NCBI GenBank assembly: GCA_037140955.1 | Contig: JBAXDL010000001.1 | Coordinates: 15,129-79,128, forward strand | Direction of reading: 5' to 3' | DNA: 64,000 nt | Source: a bacterium | GTDB lineage: Bacteria; Patescibacteriota; Minisyncoccia; Moranbacterales; GWC2-37-73 | In this document: positions 57,893-64,000 of the stretch, in pieces | Position numbering within the stretch: position 1 is the first letter of the stretch | Layout of the letters: each line of letters begins with the position of its first letter | Position numbers and translations under genes: made by a program | The notes under the pieces: model-generated | Told to the model about the DNA's origin: nothing | The model's database searches: none | What the model saw: the letters and a program-made list of their open reading frames with translations, nothing else

Positions 57893-58492
57893 CTAAATCT
57901 TATCCGCAAGTCTTTTTGATATTTTCTTGTAAATAAAAGCAAAAGAAAAATATGCCACTATGATGAAAAATGGGACCAATGCACCATATTTAATATACTT
58001 TCCAATGTCATATACTCTGCCAAAAAAATATCCCAGCACCATGAAAGTAAGCGTCTTTTGAAATGTGACCAACAAAACAAAACAAAAATATTTCCACCAT
58101 TTCATTTTCAGTGCACCAACCAGCATTAATCCTGGAGTTGAAAGCACTGGTGTATATTTCAAAATAGCAACTGTTTTGCCACCATGCAAATGGATGCCTT
58201 TGCGCAAATGTTCCATTCTTGATTTTGTCAGACCAAACTTATGACCAAACCTTGAAACAAAACCAAGACCCTTCCAGCGACCAAGTCCATAATAGACACT
58301 ATCGGGAATAATATCGCCCAACAAGGAGAGAATAAGGACTACAACTGGATTAAAAAATCCAAGTGTGGCAGCAAAAGTTGCTGCAGCTGTCACAGTTGGA
58401 CCCTCAATGCACATTGCTAAAAACATCAAAGCATAGCCATGTGAAATTATCCAAGAAAATACTTGTTGAAAATTTGTTAGATCAATACCCAT
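57893..58492 (-). CDS. DedA family membrane protein (VTT domain), second copy
   Basis: LLGDIIPDSVYYGLGRWKG VTT signature. Confidence 0.65.
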   Translation of the reverse strand: MGIDLTNFQQVFSWIISHGYALMFLAMCIEGPTVTAAATFAATLGFFNPVVVLILSLLGDIIPDSVYYGLGRWKGLGFVSRFGHKFGLTKSRMEHLRKGIHLHGGKTVAILKYTPVLSTPGLMLVGALKMKWWKYFCFVLLVTFQKTLTFMVLGYFFGRVYDIGKYIKYGALVPFFIIVAYFSFAFIYKKISKRLADKI

Positions 58493-58538
58493 TTAGTCAT
58501 TATATTGCTAAAAGAGGATAGTTGCAAAAAATAGGCAA

Positions 58539-58994
58539 CTATTTTGTAGGAAGAGGTCTTATTTGAATATTTTGAGCAGCGATGCTTCCGTCAGTATTTG
58601 TTTTTCCTTGAGCAGTGACTTGTTGTCCGATGCTCAAATCAGCAATGACACCAGAAACTGATTTATCAATTGAAGTTTTGTCTGAAAGAAATACTATTTT
58701 TGAGCCACCATCTCGTGTTTTGATGGTGACACTACTATCATCCTTTGCAATCACTTCCCCACCAACAAAATCCCCAGCTGGGCCATTTTGACTACCTGCT
58801 TGCATGCCACCACGCTGACTACCAGTGCCTCGTTGTCCACCACCAGCGCCACCGGCGAATCCTCCCCTGCCTTGTTGATCTTGCGCATTTTTTGCTTGAA
58901 CATTTCTTGCTCCATATTGCATGCCACCATAAAATGCACCCCCAACTGCTAGCATAAGAATAATTACTCCTATTGCTATATTTTGTCTTTTCAT
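58539..58994 (-). CDS. exported glycine-rich protein with C-terminal beta domain (paralog of 62278-62808)
   Basis: TM anchor, GGFAGGAGGGQRG linker, conserved GGEVIAKDDSSVTIKTRDGGSKIV...IADL...GQQV...G domain. Confidence 0.45.
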   Translation of the reverse strand: MKRQNIAIGVIILMLAVGGAFYGGMQYGARNVQAKNAQDQQGRGGFAGGAGGGQRGTGSQRGGMQAGSQNGPAGDFVGGEVIAKDDSSVTIKTRDGGSKIVFLSDKTSIDKSVSGVIADLSIGQQVTAQGKTNTDGSIAAQNIQIRPLPTK

Positions 58995-59035
58995 AATATT
59001 TTTATTATTTATAATTAATTTTTAATTTCCAATTT

Positions 59036-60256
59036 TTATTCATAACGCAAAGCCTCCATCGGACTCAAATTTGCAGCGCGACGTGCAGGATAAAAACCAA
59101 AAACAATTCCGACTCCTGCAGAAACACCAAAGGCAAGTAATACTGATGATGATGAAATTTGAGTTTGCAATTGTGGAACAAAATTTGAAACAGCCATAGA
59201 AGCTGCCCATCCTAATATCACACCCACAAAGCCACCAAAAAATGTCAGCACCACAGCTTCAGCCAAAAATTGCATGTTGATATAAATCTTTTTTATGCCA
59301 ACAGCTTTTCGAAGACCAATTTCACGCGTTCTCTCGGTGACAGTAGTAAGCATCATATTCATAATTCCAATGCCGCCAACAAGCAAGGAAATGCCAGCAA
59401 TTGATGAAAGTAAAATTGTGAAAGTGCCAGTAATACTTGATGCTGTTGCAATAATGTCTGATTGATTAACAAGACTAAAATCTGCTGCTTGAGGATCTAA
59501 AATATTATGTTTTCGAAGCAAAAGATCTGTTATTTGCTGCTGAGTTGAAATCATTGCACTTGAACTTGCAGCCGAAGCGCTGATAGTGGAAACAAAAATA
59601 TCACCTGACAAAAAATGTTGCGCGCTAGTAAGTGGAACATAAATTTGATCATCAGGATTTGCAAATCCACTACCACCCTTGGCAGCTGCAACCCCAATCA
59701 CTTCAAAGTCAATATTTTTGATGCGTATATTTTGACCAATAGGATCTGCTCCAACACCGAAAAGATCGTCACGAGCAGTTGGCCCAAGCACTGCGACTTT
59801 TGCACTGCTTTTTACTTGCTGATCAGTGACAAATGTTCCCGAGTCTATAGCAACATTTCTAGCACTGAGATAGTCAGGCACGGTTCCAACCACTTGCGTG
59901 TTGGTGTTTGTGCCTTTAGCAGTGACCTGATAGCGCTTACTAACATCAGGTGCAACTGCTGTTACGCTTTGTATTTCTGCTTTAATTGCATTTGCATCAT
60001 CAAGTGTTAATGTTTGAGCACTTCCTCTACCAGCATTAACAGTGCTTCCTCTTTGAGCGCCAGGAGTGATGATAATAAGGTTTGAACCAATTGATTGAAT
60101 GCTACTAGCAATTGAGTTTTGTGCTCCCTGTCCAATCGACACCATAGTAATAACACTAGCAATACCAATAACTATTCCCAAAATAGTAAGACCACTTCGA
60201 ACTTTGTTAGCAGATAGTGACCAAAATGTTTCTTTTAAAATATCTGTTGTAATCAT
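59036..60256 (-). CDS. ABC transporter permease, MacB/FtsX-like
   Basis: N-terminal TM, large periplasmic MacB_PCD-like domain, C-terminal FtsX 3-TM bundle. Confidence 0.8.
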   Translation of the reverse strand: MITTDILKETFWSLSANKVRSGLTILGIVIGIASVITMVSIGQGAQNSIASSIQSIGSNLIIITPGAQRGSTVNAGRGSAQTLTLDDANAIKAEIQSVTAVAPDVSKRYQVTAKGTNTNTQVVGTVPDYLSARNVAIDSGTFVTDQQVKSSAKVAVLGPTARDDLFGVGADPIGQNIRIKNIDFEVIGVAAAKGGSGFANPDDQIYVPLTSAQHFLSGDIFVSTISASAASSSAMISTQQQITDLLLRKHNILDPQAADFSLVNQSDIIATASSITGTFTILLSSIAGISLLVGGIGIMNMMLTTVTERTREIGLRKAVGIKKIYINMQFLAEAVVLTFFGGFVGVILGWAASMAVSNFVPQLQTQISSSSVLLAFGVSAGVGIVFGFYPARRAANLSPMEALRYE

Positions 60257-60261
60257 ATTTT

Positions 60262-60942
60262 TTAACTTTTTTTAATATCACTCTCAATGAAACCATCGCG
60301 AATTGAAATGATCCGCTGAGCAAAATCTGCAATCTCTGGTTCATGAGTAATAAGGACAATGGTGTGACCTTTTTTGTGCAACTCCTGAAAAGCCTCCATC
60401 ACAATATGACTTGTTTTTGTGTCCAAATTTCCAGTTGGCTCATCTGCCAAAATTATAGCTGGATTATTAATAAGTGATCTTGCAATAGCTACGCGCTGCA
60501 TCTGCCCACCGGAAAGCTGATTAGAAAGATTATAAAACTTCCCCTCCTCCATGCCAGCATATACCAAGCATTCTTTGGCCCTTTGTGAGCGCTCCTGCTC
60601 TGTTGTGTCAGTATACAATAAAGGCAACATAACATTTCTAAGCACAGTTGTTCTTGGTAAGAGGTTGAACGATTGAAAAACAAAACCAATTTTTTCTCTG
60701 CGCAATTGTGAAAGTTCATCATCATCCAAACTAGAAACTTCTTTATTGTCGAGAAAATATGTCCCCTCCGATGGTGTATCCAATGCCCCCAAAATATGCA
60801 TCAGTGTTGATTTTCCTGATCCAGATGGTCCAATAATGGCAACAAATTCACCTTTTTCAATACTAAAAGAAACACCACCAAGCGCAACAGTTTCCACATC
60901 TCCATTTTGGTATACTTTTTTTAAATTTTTGCATTCAATCAT
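60262..60942 (-). CDS. ABC transporter ATP-binding protein (MacB/LolD-type)
   Basis: Walker [10 protein letters not shown], signature [14 protein letters not shown], Walker [12 protein letters not shown]; start placed at ATG 60942 ([11 protein letters not shown]). Confidence 0.85.
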   Translation of the reverse strand: MIECKNLKKVYQNGDVETVALGGVSFSIEKGEFVAIIGPSGSGKSTLMHILGALDTPSEGTYFLDNKEVSSLDDDELSQLRREKIGFVFQSFNLLPRTTVLRNVMLPLLYTDTTEQERSQRAKECLVYAGMEEGKFYNLSNQLSGGQMQRVAIARSLINNPAIILADEPTGNLDTKTSHIVMEAFQELHKKGHTIVLITHEPEIADFAQRIISIRDGFIESDIKKS

Positions 60943-61046
60943 ACTTAGACAAAAATCAAAATACAAAAATCAAAATTCAATAAGAAATTCGGCGCATTAA
61001 ACTCATTGAAAAATATATGTTGTATCTTGTATATTAGATTTTATTT

Positions 61047-62228
61047 TTACCCTCTTCCTCCACCGCCCAAGCCTGGAAGCCTAACTCCACCACCACCGCT
61101 TGTGGTTGTGGTTGATTTTGCATTAGGATCAATTGTTTGAGTAATAACCTTGTCACCAACATTTATCCCACTAACAATCTCCGTTTCGGTGTTATTCGCT
61201 GCACCAATTTCAATAGTGCGTTTTTGTGGAATATTTGAAGAATCAAGAATTTCAAGATAACTCTTATTTACTTGCATCTTGAGGGCACTATTTGGAACAA
61301 CAATCACATCTTGTTTAATTTGCGTTATAATCTTAGCTGAAACGCTCATTCCAGATCTAATTCTTTCATCAATAGTGTCAAAGCCAATTGTCACATTGTA
61401 ATTAACAACACCTTGAGTGATTGTTCCAAGGGCATCCATTTTCTCAACTTTTCCCGAAACAGAAAGTCCATCAATGGCACCAAATGTCATCATAACTTTT
61501 TGCCCAATTGAAACATTTGGGATATCAACCTCATTGATAGCAACTTGTGCTTTCAGTGTTTTCAAATCACCAATAATAATTGGCGCAGATGAATTGTTGC
61601 TTGATGAAAGCCTGCTCAAATCATCACCATTTTTAATGTTGATCGCACTAACCGTTCCAGCAATTGGGGCAGTTACTGTTCTTTTTGCACCATTTGTCAG
61701 AGTGTTGCCGTAATCTGCTGATGTTGCAGCATAATTTTTTTGAGCAGCAATAACTCCAAGTTTTGCAATCGCAACTTTTTCCTTCAATATATCTCGCTGC
61801 TTATGTGTTGTTGTGTCCTTGTTTGCTGCACTTTCATCAGCTTGCGCTTGCTTCACTTGAAGCTCAGCTGAATCAAGTGAGTTCTTTGATTGCTGCAGAG
61901 AGGCTGTTGCCTTAAAGTTGCTAACAGAAAGATCATTGTTGATAATTGTAAAAAGAACATCACCCTTTTTGACATTATCTCCGATTTTAACCATCACATT
62001 TGAAATTGTTCCAGTGATTGTTGGATCAACAGTTGCAAGCTGATCAACCACGACATTTCCAGAGCCAGCCACTGAAGTTGTGAGGCTGGTTTTTTCGGCA
62101 ATTGCTGTTTTGTATTGAACTGCGACAGTGGTTTGATGTGTTTTCGTGTACCAATAATAACCAATTGCCACAACAATCAGTGCGCCAAAGACAATCATTC
62201 CTTTGTGTTTTTTCCAATAATTTTTCAT
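61047..62228 (-). CDS. efflux transporter periplasmic adaptor subunit (HlyD/MacA-like) with Gly-rich C-terminal tail
   Basis: TM anchor, coiled coil, beta-barrel segments; tail TTTTSGGGGVRLPGLGGGGRG. Confidence 0.75.
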   Translation of the reverse strand: MKNYWKKHKGMIVFGALIVVAIGYYWYTKTHQTTVAVQYKTAIAEKTSLTTSVAGSGNVVVDQLATVDPTITGTISNVMVKIGDNVKKGDVLFTIINNDLSVSNFKATASLQQSKNSLDSAELQVKQAQADESAANKDTTTHKQRDILKEKVAIAKLGVIAAQKNYAATSADYGNTLTNGAKRTVTAPIAGTVSAINIKNGDDLSRLSSSNNSSAPIIIGDLKTLKAQVAINEVDIPNVSIGQKVMMTFGAIDGLSVSGKVEKMDALGTITQGVVNYNVTIGFDTIDERIRSGMSVSAKIITQIKQDVIVVPNSALKMQVNKSYLEILDSSNIPQKRTIEIGAANNTETEIVSGINVGDKVITQTIDPNAKSTTTTSGGGGVRLPGLGGGGRG

Positions 62229-62277
62229 ACTTTAATTTATTTTTTTATTATAAAAATATCCATACTAATATTAACAG

Positions 62278-62808
62278 CTATTTTTCAAAAATACGAATCA
62301 AATCAGTATTAACAACTCCATCATCTCCAGGGTTTCCAATTGCGACAATTTTTTCATCATTCCTAAGATCTGTGATTTTAATATCAATTCTTCCATCTTT
62401 AATAACAGTTTTTTCATTTACTGCGATCGTATTTTCTTTTCCCCCGCGATCCTTGATCACGATATTATTATCAACAATTGAAGTGATGATTCCTGAAACC
62501 CCATGACCATTTCTAAAATCACCAGGACCAGGCATCATTCCTTTGAATCTTGCACCAAACTCTCCGCGCCCATCCATTTCACGAGGACCATCCATCATTG
62601 CTCTTTGCCCACCCACAAAATTTCTTTCATAGTTTGCACCCCATTGATATGAATATTTCGCCCTATGTTCTCCAACTTTCATACCAAAAGCAAAAACAAT
62701 CACAGCTGCAATCAAACATCCAAAAGCCCCCACAATTACAGTGAAGTATTTTGATTGTGTAATTTTTTTAATTGTTATCATATTATTTTGTAAATAAATT
62801 ATTAACAT
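62278..62808 (-). CDS. exported glycine-rich protein with C-terminal beta domain (paralog of 58539-58994)
   Basis: TM anchor, Gly/Pro/Met-rich linker, C-terminal GVSGIITSIVDNNIVIKDRGGKEN...ITDL...IVAIG domain alignable to 58539-58994. Confidence 0.45.
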   Translation of the reverse strand: MLIIYLQNNMITIKKITQSKYFTVIVGAFGCLIAAVIVFAFGMKVGEHRAKYSYQWGANYERNFVGGQRAMMDGPREMDGRGEFGARFKGMMPGPGDFRNGHGVSGIITSIVDNNIVIKDRGGKENTIAVNEKTVIKDGRIDIKITDLRNDEKIVAIGNPGDDGVVNTDLIRIFEK

Positions 62809-62859
62809 TGCAACATGTCATCTCGAGCTTGTCGAGAGATCTGAGCCCAAACTCCTCCA

Positions 62860-63279
62860 CTATAGTCGAAGCGACACATGATGAGAACTCAATCCATCAT
62901 GGCTCTGCAATTTTCCATATTGCCTGAGCAAGAACATGAAAACAAAAATTGGAAGCAGTGTCATGGAAATGGAAACTGTTGGCATTGTTTCAAGCAATGA
63001 CAATGTATAATCTTGCCACATCATGCTGATTGTATTTAAGTCAGAAAAAACAAGCAATGTGATGCTGAAAAATTCCGATAACAAAAGCTCTTTTCCAAAA
63101 ATTGCCAAAGCTGCAAAACTGGAAATTCCAGAAAAAACAAACCCAATTCGAATCAGCAGCAGCTTTCTTGCAACACTTTTCTGATTTTCCATCTCAATTC
63201 GCGCAAAAACAGCCTGCTTCAATCCTTTGGGCAGTTTAATTTCCAAATCGCCTAAAATAGTTTTAAAATTATTGTCCAT
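62860..63279 (-). CDS. putative anti-sigma factor (membrane protein downstream of ECF sigma)
   Basis: Cytoplasmic N-segment then 3-4 TM helices, immediately downstream of the sigma gene; start placed at ATG 63279 (MDNNFKT), 7 nt after the sigma stop. Confidence 0.45.
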   Translation of the reverse strand: MDNNFKTILGDLEIKLPKGLKQAVFARIEMENQKSVARKLLLIRIGFVFSGISSFAALAIFGKELLLSEFFSITLLVFSDLNTISMMWQDYTLSLLETMPTVSISMTLLPIFVFMFLLRQYGKLQSHDGLSSHHVSLRL

Positions 63280-63286
63280 ACCTGTA

Positions 63287-63868
63287 CTACGAGGTTGGAA
63301 ATATTTTGGGTGCAACATCCGAGGATGCTGACTTTTTAAGAAAAATTAGCGCACGACGATATTTACTTTTAATAGTATTGTTTGATGCCCCAAGAATTTC
63401 AGCAATTTCAACCAAGGAAAATCCTTGTTGATGATGAAGGATTAAAATTGTTTTTAACTGTGGAGACAATGAGTTTAGATATTTTTCAGCCTCATTGGCA
63501 TTGTCCATTTTTTGCAAAAGCGCATTTGAGTGCAAGATTGTTTCATCTTCAATATTTTCAAGAATATTAAAACCTTCCCCATTTTCAAAAATAGAAAAGG
63601 CTAAAGTTTTTTTCTTTTTCAAATAATCATAAGCAGTGTTTCGAGCTATTGCATATAGCCAAGTGCTGAACTTTTTTTCTTTTTCAAACGATTCAATATT
63701 TTTCCATATTTTCACAAAAACATCTTGAACAATATCCTCAGAAGCTGAGGAATCTTTTGTTAATTGAAAAATAAAATTGTAAATAGGTTTGAGGTATTTC
63801 TCGATAAGGCTTTCCAATGCTTGCTGATCACCATCAAGAAATTTCCCAACCAATTGTTCATCTATCAT
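63287..63868 (-). CDS. RNA polymerase ECF-type sigma-70 factor
   Basis: Region 2 DIVQDVFVKIWKN...FSTWLYAIARNTAYDYLKKK and region 4 HTH LILHHQQGFSLVEIAEILGASNNTIKSKYRRAL; start placed at ATG 63868. Confidence 0.8.
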   Translation of the reverse strand: MIDEQLVGKFLDGDQQALESLIEKYLKPIYNFIFQLTKDSSASEDIVQDVFVKIWKNIESFEKEKKFSTWLYAIARNTAYDYLKKKKTLAFSIFENGEGFNILENIEDETILHSNALLQKMDNANEAEKYLNSLSPQLKTILILHHQQGFSLVEIAEILGASNNTIKSKYRRALIFLKKSASSDVAPKIFPTS

Positions 63869-64000
63869 AAATAAACAATATACCAAGACTAACTATTTCT
63901 CAAGTACAAAAAATATTTGATCAATCTTTTTTCACCCAAAAAGATGATCAATCTTCATGCTTTCAATATTTCACTTTCCAATCTTTTGATACTATCTTCG

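Overview
This 64 kb window is low-GC (about 33%), gene-dense (about 80 genes) bacterial chromosome with compact intergenic spacers and hairpin-plus-T-run terminators. Many conserved hypothetical membrane or secreted proteins and small single-domain proteins suggest a small-genome, possibly Patescibacteria/CPR-like organism, but that is inference only.

Most of the content is housekeeping:
- Replication and repair: lexA (5' partial), recG, rarA.
- Translation and ribosome: trpS, infC-rpmI-rplT, smpB with an adjacent standard one-piece tmRNA (ssrA), typA/bipA, obg, engB, rnj, dus, secG.
- RNA genes: tRNA-Ser(GCU), tRNA-Ser(UGA), tRNA-Arg(GCG).
- Hexose-phosphate and GDP-mannose enzymes: phosphomannomutase, manC, an archaeal-type cupin phosphoglucose isomerase.
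- Envelope functions: lgt, L,D-transpeptidase, two DedA proteins, two AI-2E permeases, GT2/GT4 glycosyltransferases, a MacAB-like ABC efflux module under an ECF sigma/anti-sigma pair, and an RND efflux pair under a MarR regulator.

Non-housekeeping items:
- Three paralogous membrane-anchored extracytoplasmic proteins sharing an ESxWG/CYNYWG/WKCG motif.
- Two paralogous glycine-rich exported proteins bracketing the MacAB genes.
- A phage-antirepressor-like gene with a palindromic operator, next to a two-gene module bounded by copies of a GC-rich palindrome.
- A tRNA-Ser/GIY-YIG locus with GC-rich structured sequence and tRNA-like fragments.
- A related GC-rich nested palindrome between the RND adaptor and pump genes.
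- Several families of dispersed short repeats: AT-rich intergenic elements, a 27-nt GC palindrome inserted in-frame in a flavoprotein gene, and a 19-mer shared upstream of typA and obg.

No CRISPR array, rRNA or clear transposase/integrase is present.
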